A stretch of 24,418 nucleotides of DNA from contig CAXXSM010000101.1 in the NCBI GenBank assembly GCA_963663405.2, positions 1 to 24,418 of the forward strand, written 5' to 3'. The stretch is from a bacterium. GTDB lineage: Bacteria > Hinthialibacterota > Hinthialibacteria > Hinthialibacterales > Hinthialibacteraceae. Of this stretch, positions 1-9,255 are shown one piece after another. Numbering within the stretch: the first letter of the stretch is position 1; each line of letters begins with the position of its first letter. The notes below the pieces were generated by a model. That model did not search any database. It saw only the letters and a list, made by a program, of their open reading frames with translations, and had not been told where the DNA came from. Made by a program: the position numbers and the translations under genes.

Positions 1-277
1 TATATTCGAATGCGCCGGGGGTATGATCAACATAGGTCCAATCCACACCGGCGCCGGTTCCCACACGGCCGATGGCGTGGTTATAACGCGGCTTATTTGT
101 CGTTGAGGTGAGTCCACTGTATGTCTCTTCGAGCATCACATCGGGAAACGAGCGAATGACAACCTCTTCCCGCTTGTATCCAGTAATTCCAGAATTCGCC
201 AGATTCTGCGCGAGGGTGTCCTGCACTCGTTCTTGAATAATCATTCCCGATGCGGCGGAATAAAGGCCAGTGATCAT
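1..277 (-). CDS. Flagellar basal-body rod / hook-basal body protein (FlgF/FlgG/FlhO family), 5' part; runs off the window edge
   Basis: Not in the ORF track. Manual translation from ATG at 277: MITGLYSAASGMIIQERVQDTLAQNLANSGITGYKREEVVIRSFPD...IGRVGTGAGVDWTYVDHTPGAFEY. This matches the rod-protein N-terminus (LYxAxSGM...ANNLAN..T.GYK). AGGAG RBS at 284-288. Confidence 0.85.
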   Translation of the reverse strand, partial: MITGLYSAASGMIIQERVQDTLAQNLANSGITGYKREEVVIRSFPDVMLEETYSGLTSTTNKPRYNHAIGRVGTGAGVDWTYVDHTPGAFEY

Positions 278-312
278 CACACGCTCCTAATTCATGGATC
301 GGTTGGGTAGTG

Positions 313-329
313 AGCAATGGACGTACCAA
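313..329 (-). promoter_or_regulatory. Sigma54 (-24/-12) promoter of the flagellar rod gene
   Basis: Minus strand reads TTGGTACG-TCCA-TTGCT (GG-N10-GC; consensus TGGCACG-N4-TTGCW), about 36 nt upstream of the ATG. Confidence 0.7.
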
Positions 330-389
330 ACAGACTGGGATCGTCAGGAAAGAAAGGTCCTTTTTTATAAATCTATTAAATTCAGACCC

Positions 390-418
390 TTGGGGAGAAA
401 TTCCAGGAATGCTAGAAT
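390..418 (+). promoter_or_regulatory. Putative sigma70 promoter (extended -10) for the hypothetical/DapA-like pair
   Basis: TTGGGG-17 nt-TAGAAT with TG at 410-411. Confidence 0.4.
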
Positions 419-438
419 GAATCTCAAATCCAACTCTG

Positions 439-933
439 GTGAAACGAATCATGCGCCCGGAAAAAATTGCCGCATGCAGTCAATCCATTCTGATCCTAGT
501 CGGATACAACGAACGGCCCTATTTGGGAGATGGATGGTATGGATTGGAGAAGGGGCCCGGAGGGATGCTGTACCGGGCGTCATCGAAAAAAGCGGAGATT
601 CACGTTCCTTTGGAAGGCTATGTGGAATTGTCGCTTCTATTCAGCGCCCGGCCTGAACATACAGGTGGTTTGTTTGAAGCCTCCGTTGTGGGTGACGCGG
701 GATCGTATTTCGATATCGAATTGGCCGCAAATGGGTGGTCAACACGGCAAGGGGAACTCGTACTGGATCAAGATCGACCAATCCTAATAGACACACTCAC
801 CCCCTGGTCTCCGGACACGATTTATAAAAATGGAGACGCGCGATCCTTGGGGATGCTTCTTAACGCGGTTCGGATTACGCCTATTGAGCTGGGGGAAGCA
901 GAGGATGATTATCTATTGAGACTGAATTCATAA
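439..933 (+). CDS. Hypothetical protein, probably beta-sandwich; start may be GTG 439 or ATG 451
   Basis: 164-aa ORF with protein-like composition (GWYGLE, W.P......D.RSLG motifs), 43 bp upstream of the next co-oriented gene. Confidence 0.65.
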   Translation: MKRIMRPEKIAACSQSILILVGYNERPYLGDGWYGLEKGPGGMLYRASSKKAEIHVPLEGYVELSLLFSARPEHTGGLFEASVVGDAGSYFDIELAANGWSTRQGELVLDQDRPILIDTLTPWSPDTIYKNGDARSLGMLLNAVRITPIELGEAEDDYLLRLNS

Positions 934-982
934 CGATTTCGTTATCTGATAGAAACATTTCATACGAAAAGAGAATTTGTAT

Positions 983-1972
983 ATGAGTTTTACGCACCCT
1001 GTAATTAAATCGAATGTGCCTGAATATTTAATCGGCGTGATCGCGCCGATGTTTACACCGGTGGATGAACGGGGAGAGATTGACTGCCGGGGATGGAGGG
1101 AATATGCGCGCTGGCTGGTCAACGATCCATGTGTGACGGCGCTTTTTTGCCGGTCGGGTGTCGGACGAATGTTCACGTATACGATGGATGACGCGCGGCG
1201 ATCGTTCGAAACCGTCTTGGATGAAGCGGCCGGGAAAAAACCGGTTTTCTGTGGAACCAGCGGGGAATTCATCGGAGATCTGAGTCAGAAAGCCGATCCG
1301 GAACACTACCTGGATCAAACGATTGAATTAACCCTATACGCTCAGGAAAACAGCGCCACAGCGGCGGTTCTCATCACACCCGCCTGGCTGCCCGTTCCGG
1401 GCGGTTCGACGTTTGAAGAGACCGCGTTTACCTTTTATAAAACCGTGCATGACAATACGGATATCCCGATTTTGATTTACAATCCTCAGCTGATCCCTCC
1501 CGAATGCGCAACAACGCCTTCCATGATTCGCCGGCTCAATTCATTGGATCGAGTGTATGGGATGAAACTCTCCACAAACGATATGCACTGGCTGGGGAGC
1601 CTGATCGCGGCCAATGAGAATGACCGATTTTTTATGATCGCTGGATCGGAATGCGTCTATCACCAAGCGTTGATCACCGGCGCGGTAGGGGTGATCGGTC
1701 AGGGATGCAGCGTCTATGCGAATATCTTGCGGCGGATCTTGGACGCGCAGATGGAAGGGGATTTTGAAAGCGCCCGGCAGGCGCAATTCGATGTCAACCA
1801 GGCGCTCGAAGGATTTCAGGGCCTGCCTCCTGACATCAGTGGATTCGCGTACCTTCGAAAAAAAGGGCTCAATGTCTCACCGTACTGCCGTGACGGCTCC
1901 CCTCCACTTTCCGATGACATTGTAGAGGCGATCTATCAAGCGATCGAACCGTATTGTCAAAAATATAGCTAA
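983..1972 (+). CDS. Dihydrodipicolinate synthase (DapA/NanA/KDG aldolase) family protein, divergent
   Basis: GVIAPMFTPVDERGEID N-terminus, LITP, PILIYNP (catalytic Tyr), GMKLS (Schiff-base Lys), GAVGVIG. ATG 983 preferred over TTG 977. Confidence 0.85.
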   Translation: MSFTHPVIKSNVPEYLIGVIAPMFTPVDERGEIDCRGWREYARWLVNDPCVTALFCRSGVGRMFTYTMDDARRSFETVLDEAAGKKPVFCGTSGEFIGDLSQKADPEHYLDQTIELTLYAQENSATAAVLITPAWLPVPGGSTFEETAFTFYKTVHDNTDIPILIYNPQLIPPECATTPSMIRRLNSLDRVYGMKLSTNDMHWLGSLIAANENDRFFMIAGSECVYHQALITGAVGVIGQGCSVYANILRRILDAQMEGDFESARQAQFDVNQALEGFQGLPPDISGFAYLRKKGLNVSPYCRDGSPPLSDDIVEAIYQAIEPYCQKYS

Positions 1973-2020
1973 CCTTCTAAATAGAACGATTCGTTATAGA
2001 GCCTAGACAAAACAAAATAG

Positions 2021-2058
2021 CATGCAATTGAAAACGCTCATTTGTCTTCAATTTCATG
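2021..2058. repeat. Imperfect hairpin downstream of the DapA-like gene (possible terminator or operator)
   Basis: CATGCAATTGAAAAC / GTCTTCAATTTCATG, 15-bp arms with 2 mismatches, 8-nt loop; no U-tract. Confidence 0.3.
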
Positions 2059-2166
2059 AGCCGGAATTCAATAATTTTTCTATTAAATCGTTTTAATTAT
2101 GATAATGAGTTTATGAGGGATAACTCAACCGAGAGAGTGATTTTAAAGCAATGGCCCTATATTTAA

Positions 2167-2264
2167 GAGAAGGTAGTAAGGGCAAGGCTGTTATCTGCAC
2201 TTACGATAGAATCGTACAAAATTACACAAGGGCAGATGAAAAACCTTGCCCTTGCCACCCTCTC
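2167..2264. repeat. Long imperfect inverted repeat (REP/MITE-like or structured RNA)
   Basis: Arms 2167-2202 and 2228-2264 (GAGAAGGTAGTAAGGGCAAGGCTGTTATCTGCACTT vs revcomp GAGAGGGTGGCAAGGGCAAGGTTTTTCATCTGCCCTT). Inner mini-hairpin TACGAT-AGA-ATCGTA at 2202-2216. Confidence 0.75.
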
Positions 2265-2397
2265 CAAGTACTTCGCGGCTAATTTTCATTGGTAGGTTGT
2301 GATCTCAAATCGTGATGGTTTATCTCATTAGAGAAATAATTGCATAAAGGTTTCGGCGCCGTTTCGTTCTGTTTGACAATTCTTTACAGTTTTCGAT

Positions 2398-2426
2398 TTG
2401 GCATAACGAATACTACCTTATATAAT
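2398..2426 (+). promoter_or_regulatory. Sigma70 promoter of the 830-aa gene
   Basis: TTGGCA(2398-2403)-17 nt-TATAAT(2421-2426), 45 nt upstream of ATG 2472; GGGGA RBS. Confidence 0.65.
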
Positions 2427-2471
2427 AGTTCATTCCGTTTTTATTTTTGGTTTTGAAAAAGGGGACCTACT

Positions 2472-4964
2472 ATGCGTATCTTATATTCTCACCCTTTTGC
2501 TGTGATTTTTACGATCTGTATGTTAAGTTTGACGCCCATCCAAAATTCCGGCGCGCAGACAGAATTCGACCTTGTGTTTGACGAAGAAATTACGGGAACG
2601 ATTCCGTCCGGTGATACTTATGTGAATTATACTTTCAACGCCAAGGAGGGAGATTATTATATCTTTACTCTGACCCGGTCCGACGCATTATCACCAATTG
2701 GACTTGACTTTATATTGCCAGACGGCAGTACAGACAATCTGACCATGGGAGCTGAAGACACCGAGCTAGTGATGAATCGTTTTACTCCCACTACGGGGCA
2801 ATACACAATCAGCGTTCGTGGATTGGAACTCAGCCGGGATGTCGATTTTACTCTGCTCGCGGAGGTCTACGCGTATCAAACCGAGCGCCAAACCATCGGT
2901 CTATTTGAAAGCCGGAGAGGGGCCATTCAGCCCAACGGTTATGATGAATACTTAATCGACTTGCGCGCGAACTCGCCGGTGTTTCTCGTTGTGACTACGC
3001 CCCTAGATATTTTTGATTCCTATATTGGTATCGTGGATCCCTCCGGTCAGATGGTCGCGGCGAACGATGATTTTTACGGCTACAATTCAACGCTGTTATA
3101 CATCCCTGAAACGACGGATACACATTTGATCCTAATAGGCGGATCGACTGTAGACTCAAGCGGGCCATATGAATTGATCGTCAATCCCGTGCCGTTCTCC
3201 AGCGCGCCCTTTGAAACAGATGATGAATTGATCATTCCAGGGGATATGATGGCCTACGAAGTGCATCTTTCCGAAAACCAAACCTATGATTTCAACGTCA
3301 TCGGCGTGGATGGATTCCGGCCGTTCATCGCTCTCACGGATTCGTGGATGAATGTGATCGCCGACAACAACGCTTACGAAGATACGACGTTTGTGTCGAT
3401 TCCCGGCTTTACACCCCTCTGGGATGGATCGCTCTTTCTCATCGTGATGGCGGAATATCCAGAAGAGGTGGGTTACTATGGTGTGGATGTCTTAATCCGG
3501 GAGGATGAAGAAGACGGCGTTTACCTGCAAGACGGCAGTACCATGGGCGCCGTGATTGGCCCTGTGGGGGATATGGACGAATACGTCTTCACCGCTGAGG
3601 AGGGCAAGCGTTATTCGATTCTCGTCACTCCAACCTGGCATCTGCTCGATCCCGCAATACGGATTCTGGATGAAAATGGTAATGAGGTGTTTTATAACGA
3701 CGACGCGGTGGATGGCGTTTTTTCCTTTCTGAGTAATATTGAACTGCCCGCGCCGGGCACATACCGCATCCAATTGACCGCCTCGCCGGATCAGGAGATA
3801 CAGGAACGGCTCACGGGCGTCTATGTAATCTCATTCGAAGAAGGCGCGACGTTTGACCAAGGGGCACCCCATATTATTCCCGAAGAGATCACCATTACTC
3901 CAACCGCCAGCGGCGCGCATATTTCGATTCCCACATCCGCCGTATACGATGACACGTATCCACTCTCAGCGACGATGACCGCCGACCTGGCAGGACAAAG
4001 CATTCTATTTGAATTGCAAGACGGTTTACCGGCTGAATTCGATCTGGAATCCGAGCAGGACGATCTCTATTTCCTGCAGATCAGCGATTCTTCCGAGAAC
4101 CAGAATCTCACCTACCCCATAGCCCTGCCGGCGCCCCAAATTATCGCAACATTGGAAGGCTCTCCATACGCGTTGGCGATTGATAAAAATAACAACTTTT
4201 TCATCACGGATTCGGACGCCGGCGCGATAGTAAAAGTGGCCCTCGATGGAACGGTGGAAACATTTGTGGAGGGATTACCAACTGGCGGAGGAACGTACGG
4301 CCCTAACGCGCTGGCGTTCGATTCCGAAGGAAATCTGTATCTTGCGAACAGTATGACCAACTCGATCACTAAGATCGATCCCAACGGCGTTATGGAACTG
4401 GTGATAGACCAGCTTCAATTCCCCGCCGATATCGCGTTTGATGAGAAAGACCGGCTGTATGTCGCGCAGATTGGGAACGATAAGATCAGCAGAATGAACC
4501 CGAATGGAAGTATGGAAATCTTCGTCTCCGGGATTCGCAATCCAAACGGGCTGGCGTTTTCTCCCAGCGGTCAGCTTTATGTCTGTGACTCCAACCGGGG
4601 CGCCAGCAGTATCTATCAAATTCAGGAGGATGGAACCCCCGTGCTGTTCGTCTCTGAATTCGCGGAGAGTTTGGAGGGAATCGCATTCGATCAGGACGGC
4701 TATCTGTACTGCGCGGACGGATACCGGGGAATCATTTACCGCATCAGTCCAGCGGGGGAAATCATCGAATTGACTATCGGGATTTCCGGTTCGACTGATC
4801 TGGCGTTTGGTTATGGCGCCTATGAGAAAACACTGTTCGCCACGAATATGGGGATTGAGTCCGCGGGGTATTACGCGCAGCGATTCATCGCGATTCACAC
4901 GGGGCGGGTGGGAATTCCGTTGCCGTTCCGGAAAACCAGCGTCGCTGGATGGTGTTTGTATTAA
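2472..4964 (+). CDS. Secreted protein: about four PPC-like beta-sandwich domains plus an NHL/SMP-30-like beta-propeller, with C-terminal TSVAGWCLY tail
   Basis: Signal peptide (..NSGA|QT). Repeated D.Y.F.A..G..Y...D..I.I.D..G.....NDD units. Repeated P..LAFD..G.LY blades in the last ~270 aa. Confidence 0.85.
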   Translation: MRILYSHPFAVIFTICMLSLTPIQNSGAQTEFDLVFDEEITGTIPSGDTYVNYTFNAKEGDYYIFTLTRSDALSPIGLDFILPDGSTDNLTMGAEDTELVMNRFTPTTGQYTISVRGLELSRDVDFTLLAEVYAYQTERQTIGLFESRRGAIQPNGYDEYLIDLRANSPVFLVVTTPLDIFDSYIGIVDPSGQMVAANDDFYGYNSTLLYIPETTDTHLILIGGSTVDSSGPYELIVNPVPFSSAPFETDDELIIPGDMMAYEVHLSENQTYDFNVIGVDGFRPFIALTDSWMNVIADNNAYEDTTFVSIPGFTPLWDGSLFLIVMAEYPEEVGYYGVDVLIREDEEDGVYLQDGSTMGAVIGPVGDMDEYVFTAEEGKRYSILVTPTWHLLDPAIRILDENGNEVFYNDDAVDGVFSFLSNIELPAPGTYRIQLTASPDQEIQERLTGVYVISFEEGATFDQGAPHIIPEEITITPTASGAHISIPTSAVYDDTYPLSATMTADLAGQSILFELQDGLPAEFDLESEQDDLYFLQISDSSENQNLTYPIALPAPQIIATLEGSPYALAIDKNNNFFITDSDAGAIVKVALDGTVETFVEGLPTGGGTYGPNALAFDSEGNLYLANSMTNSITKIDPNGVMELVIDQLQFPADIAFDEKDRLYVAQIGNDKISRMNPNGSMEIFVSGIRNPNGLAFSPSGQLYVCDSNRGASSIYQIQEDGTPVLFVSEFAESLEGIAFDQDGYLYCADGYRGIIYRISPAGEIIELTIGISGSTDLAFGYGAYEKTLFATNMGIESAGYYAQRFIAIHTGRVGIPLPFRKTSVAGWCLY

Positions 4965-4975
4965 ACCGGTTCGTA

Positions 4976-7900
4976 TTAGGAAGTTTCTTCACTCAACGCA
5001 GGTTCGGTGGATTCGCCTACAAACCGCCGGCGGACATTATGAACCGCCTGCGTGACGTGATCCCCGATAGCGACCATCGCGGGAACGACGACTAAGGTGA
5101 GAATCGTCGCGACCGCCAGCCCGAAGATCACCGCCACCGCCATCGGCCCCCAATACTGTGATGTTTCAGTGCCAACCAGCCATGTTAAATTCCGAAAATC
5201 AAAACTCACTCCAACCGCCATGGGGACCAATCCCAATATTGTCGTAATGGCAGTTAACATGACCGGACGGAATCGCACGATTCCAGCCTGGATCAATGAC
5301 TCCCGGTAATCAATTCCCCAATCACGCAGCTGTCCAATATAATCAAGCAAAACAATGGCGTTATTCACGACGACTCCAGCGAGACTGATGACGCCAATGC
5401 CGGTCATGATGATTCCAAACGGCGTATGGGTGATAAGCAAACCGAGTAACACTCCTATCGTCGAAAGGATAACAGACGAAAGAACAATCAGCGGTTTATA
5501 GATGGAATTGAATTCCGTCACCAGAATCAGAGCGATCAGCATAAGCGCCGCCAGGAACGCTTCGAAAAGAAACTCCGACGCTTCCTCCCGATCTTCATCT
5601 TCTCCCCGATACGCGATTTTATAGCCCCGCGGCAGATCCATATCAGTGAGAGTTTCCTGAACATCCGCCAAAACATCCGTCGCTAGCCGTCCTTCGACGT
5701 CGGCTTCAATCGTGATGACCCGATTTTGATCGGAATGGACGATGGTTCCCAGCCCAGCGGATAACCGGATACCAGCGACCGAACTGATCGGAACGAATGT
5801 TCCATTTAACCCGGCGATCATCAAGTTCTTCAACGCGTCCAGATCCTTGCGGCGGGAGAGCGGTAATTGGACAATGATATCGTATTCATCGTTGCCATCG
5901 CGATAGACCCCCGCTTCGATCCCTCGAATGGCGGCTTTGACGTTTTGCGCGATCACTTGCGTATTTAATCCCAAAAGCGCGGCGCGTTCTTTGTCAATCT
6001 GGACCACCACTTCCGGACGGGCAATCACATAATCGTCTTTCAGATTCACCAAACCTGGAATCCCGCGAATCCGTTCTTTAATCGCCCGCATTAATGGTTC
6101 CAGCGTTTCGTAGTATTCCCCAGAAATCTCGATACAGACCGGCTTCCCCGTGGGCGGGCCTTCCTCCTCTTTATCAATTTCGATATCGGCTTCATAAATA
6201 TCTTTCAGCCGCCGCCGTAAATCGACAATGATTTGGCTGGAAGGCATCTCGCGCTTTTCTAAATCAATAAATTCAAGAACCAGGCGGGCGATGTCAGAGG
6301 AAGTGGATCCGCCCGTCATAAACGACTCCCCGCCGCTGCCGGTTGTTCCCACATTGGAAATAAGACTCTTCACCTCTTTGTATTCACTGGCGGGACCTTC
6401 GATCCATTTCGCGAGACGATCGGTTTCATCCAGGTTAGTCCCCTTCGGCATTTTAATATCAATATAGGCGCGTTTCGGTTCAATCTCCGGGAAGAACTCA
6501 ACCCCGGCGCCAAAACGGCCGTAGACGAGAGAGACAAGGATTAAAAGAGCAATCGAGCACAATAGAACAAAGAAAGGATTATCGACTGCGAAGCCCAATA
6601 AGCGCTGGTAATTCCGGATAATAAATCCTGGCCCTTTATCGATCGAGTTCTTTTTCACCTTAATAAAAATGGCGCCGAGAGTGGGATTGATGACCAGCGC
6701 CACAAAAAGGGAGGCGGTCAAAGCGATGATGACGGTTTCAGGAAGATAGGACATAAATTCACCAATCACTCCCGGCCAGAACATCATGGGCGCAAACGCC
6801 GCGATCGTCGTAGCGGCGCTGGCGATGACCGGCCACATCACTTCATGAGTAGCCACAATCGCCGCCTGGAGTTTACTTTTTCCTTCCTGCCTGTGTCGGT
6901 AAATATTCTCAACAATCACAATGGCGTTATCGACCAACATCCCCACAGATAAAATCAACGAGAACAAGACGATCATGTTCAATGTCAGGCCGATCAAATA
7001 CAAGATAAAGAACGTAATCATCATGGAAAATGGGATGGCGCACGCAACCAGGATGGAATTGCGAAGACCCATTGAAAATAAAACCACAAGTAAAACCAGG
7101 ACCAATCCGGATAGGATTCCATTCTCCAGATCGGACACCATGTCACGGATGTCTTTCGACATATCGGTTACAATGGAAAGTGTCACACCAGCGGGCACGG
7201 TTTGTTCGTACTCACGAACGATCGCCTTCACCTGATCGGCGATTTCGATGATATTCTTACCGGTGCGCTTAACCACACTGATGGTCACCGCGTCTTTACG
7301 GTTATGACGCGCTTTTGTCTCCGGTTCTTCAAATCCATCTTCCATATCCGCTACGTCGGTAATATAGACAGGGAAGTTTTTATCCGCATTGACAATCAAG
7401 CGACGCGCTTCCACCGGCGTTTCAAATTCCCCAGGCACTTTCACCAGGTAATTCCCCCGTCCAATATCCATTTTCCCGCCGGGAGTATTGAGGTTATTGG
7501 ACAGAACCGTCGTCATCAGATTGGTCACGGAGAGATTGTAGGCGGCAAGGCGTTCGGGCTCATAAACGATGCGGATCTCGCGTTCCAGACCGCCGGTGAC
7601 ATTGGCTTCGAGAACGCCATTAATAGTTTCGACATCGTCTTTGAAATCGTCGGCGATCTCTTTCAAACGGACCAGTCCGATCGATCCAGAGATCACCACA
7701 TTCATGATAGGAAATTCAGAGAAATTGATTTCGTCCACCATAGGTTCATCTTCCAGATCGTTGGGAAGATCGACCTTGGCTTCGTCCACCTTGTCCCGCA
7801 CTTTTTGCAGAGCGGTATCAATATCGATACCCGATTCATACTCGACGACAATAGTTGACATGCCTTCGGAAGAGTACGACCGGATTTCTTTCACGTCGCT

Positions 7901-8122
7901 GAGAGAGATCAGTTTCTTCTCAATCTGGAGAGTGATCTGATTTTCAATATCGGACGGCGCCACGCCTTCATACGGCGTTGTCACGATAATATTCGGGATG
8001 GTAATGTCTGGAAACGACTCGCGGGGCAAGACGGAATACGAATACACTCCCACCAGCACGAGGATCACAATCAGAACAACCACTGTCGTTTGATGGCGGA
8101 TGGAAAATTCAGATAGGGTCAT
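4976..8122 (-). CDS. RND efflux transporter permease (AcrB/AcrD/AcrF family)
   Basis: 1048 aa. LPRESFPDITIP, GMLVDNAIVIVENI (TM4), GVVVNNAIVLLD (TM10), RFRPVMLT (TM11), GPMAVAVIFGL. Confidence 0.97.
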   Translation of the reverse strand: MTLSEFSIRHQTTVVVLIVILVLVGVYSYSVLPRESFPDITIPNIIVTTPYEGVAPSDIENQITLQIEKKLISLSDVKEIRSYSSEGMSTIVVEYESGIDIDTALQKVRDKVDEAKVDLPNDLEDEPMVDEINFSEFPIMNVVISGSIGLVRLKEIADDFKDDVETINGVLEANVTGGLEREIRIVYEPERLAAYNLSVTNLMTTVLSNNLNTPGGKMDIGRGNYLVKVPGEFETPVEARRLIVNADKNFPVYITDVADMEDGFEEPETKARHNRKDAVTISVVKRTGKNIIEIADQVKAIVREYEQTVPAGVTLSIVTDMSKDIRDMVSDLENGILSGLVLVLLVVLFSMGLRNSILVACAIPFSMMITFFILYLIGLTLNMIVLFSLILSVGMLVDNAIVIVENIYRHRQEGKSKLQAAIVATHEVMWPVIASAATTIAAFAPMMFWPGVIGEFMSYLPETVIIALTASLFVALVINPTLGAIFIKVKKNSIDKGPGFIIRNYQRLLGFAVDNPFFVLLCSIALLILVSLVYGRFGAGVEFFPEIEPKRAYIDIKMPKGTNLDETDRLAKWIEGPASEYKEVKSLISNVGTTGSGGESFMTGGSTSSDIARLVLEFIDLEKREMPSSQIIVDLRRRLKDIYEADIEIDKEEEGPPTGKPVCIEISGEYYETLEPLMRAIKERIRGIPGLVNLKDDYVIARPEVVVQIDKERAALLGLNTQVIAQNVKAAIRGIEAGVYRDGNDEYDIIVQLPLSRRKDLDALKNLMIAGLNGTFVPISSVAGIRLSAGLGTIVHSDQNRVITIEADVEGRLATDVLADVQETLTDMDLPRGYKIAYRGEDEDREEASEFLFEAFLAALMLIALILVTEFNSIYKPLIVLSSVILSTIGVLLGLLITHTPFGIIMTGIGVISLAGVVVNNAIVLLDYIGQLRDWGIDYRESLIQAGIVRFRPVMLTAITTILGLVPMAVGVSFDFRNLTWLVGTETSQYWGPMAVAVIFGLAVATILTLVVVPAMVAIGDHVTQAVHNVRRRFVGESTEPALSEETS

Positions 8123-9255
8123 TTTATCTCCGGATTCATCAATCGAAGATCGGCTTTGGTCATTCGATCTTCCACTTGCACGCGCTCACCGGACGCCAAG
8201 TCTTTCTGGCCGATCACAACAACATATTCACCAGGAGTCAGACCGCTCAAAATCTCAACCTGATCTTTTTCGATCGCGCCGATTTCGACCGGGCGCGCTT
8301 CGACAACGCCGTCTTTTTCCACAAAGATCAACATCCCGGTCTCGCGTTTCACCAAGGCGAACATGGGAATGAGAAGCGCGTCGGAAACGCGTTTGACCGT
8401 CATTCGCGCTTTGATAATCATGCCGGGACGCAGACGGAGGTTTTGATTCTCCAGCCGGAGATCGGCTTGGAATGTGTTGGTGTTGTTATTGGCTCCATAG
8501 GCGACGCGCTCCAAGACCGCTTCCCGCTCCTCACCAAGCGCATCGATAATGATCTGGGCCGTCTTTTCCCCCGCGACCGCGTCCGCATAGAGTTCCGGCA
8601 CACCGACAACCACTTTGACCGGATCCAATTGAAGCAGGCGGGCCATGGGTTTTCCTTCATTCACATACTCGCCGGCGTCCACGTCGATCCAGTCGACAAG
8701 ACCGGCGATCGGCGTTTGGATCTTGCCCAGGGACACCTCAACCTTCAGCATCTTGACCGCCGCCGCCGCGCCCATTTCATTAAAGTGGGATTCATCGAGT
8801 TCCTGCGCTGTAATATCCCCCCGCGCGCGCACTTTTTCCCGGCGTTCGAGCGTTTTCTGGGCGAGTTTCAGATTGGCTTCCGCCTGATCCAGCCTGGCCT
8901 GGCGGGAACGAAGATCGATCTGGAAGAGTTCTTGATCTTGTTTAGCCCAATCACCTTCTTTTACATGGACTTTTTCCACAATCCCGGGGATGGAAGCGCT
9001 TAGAGTGATGTCTTCATACGCTTCGATAACGCCGGGGATGAGAATGGTCTCTTCCAGAAATTGTGGGATCACTTCCAACACTCCAACCCGCCGCAACGGG
9101 GGTTCGGATTTCTCTAACAACGTTCCACTCACTCCATTATCCGCGCTGGACGGGATGATGGATATGATGTAATACGAGCCGAAAAAAAAGACCGCGAGAC
9201 TCAGATATAGAGCGCCGCGTTTTATCATACGTATAAGTAATCCCTGCTTCTTCAT
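8119..9255 (-). CDS. RND periplasmic adaptor (membrane fusion protein)
   Basis: N-terminal TM, GIVEKVHVKEGD lipoyl half, alpha-hairpin, TPIAG..GEYV, LRPGM, GLTPGEYVVVIGQ; ATGA overlap with the permease. Confidence 0.95.
   Translation of the reverse strand: MKKQGLLIRMIKRGALYLSLAVFFFGSYYIISIIPSSADNGVSGTLLEKSEPPLRRVGVLEVIPQFLEETILIPGVIEAYEDITLSASIPGIVEKVHVKEGDWAKQDQELFQIDLRSRQARLDQAEANLKLAQKTLERREKVRARGDITAQELDESHFNEMGAAAAVKMLKVEVSLGKIQTPIAGLVDWIDVDAGEYVNEGKPMARLLQLDPVKVVVGVPELYADAVAGEKTAQIIIDALGEEREAVLERVAYGANNNTNTFQADLRLENQNLRLRPGMIIKARMTVKRVSDALLIPMFALVKRETGMLIFVEKDGVVEARPVEIGAIEKDQVEILSGLTPGEYVVVIGQKDLASGERVQVEDRMTKADLRLMNPEIK

Noticed and set aside
93-656. ORFs 93-452(-) and 294-656(+)
   Set aside because: They overlap the flagellar rod gene, its promoter and the 164-aa gene in other frames, and have no recognisable motifs.
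6228-9172. Long plus-strand ORFs such as 7202-7858 and 8176-9003
   Set aside because: Antisense shadows of the RND and MFP genes.
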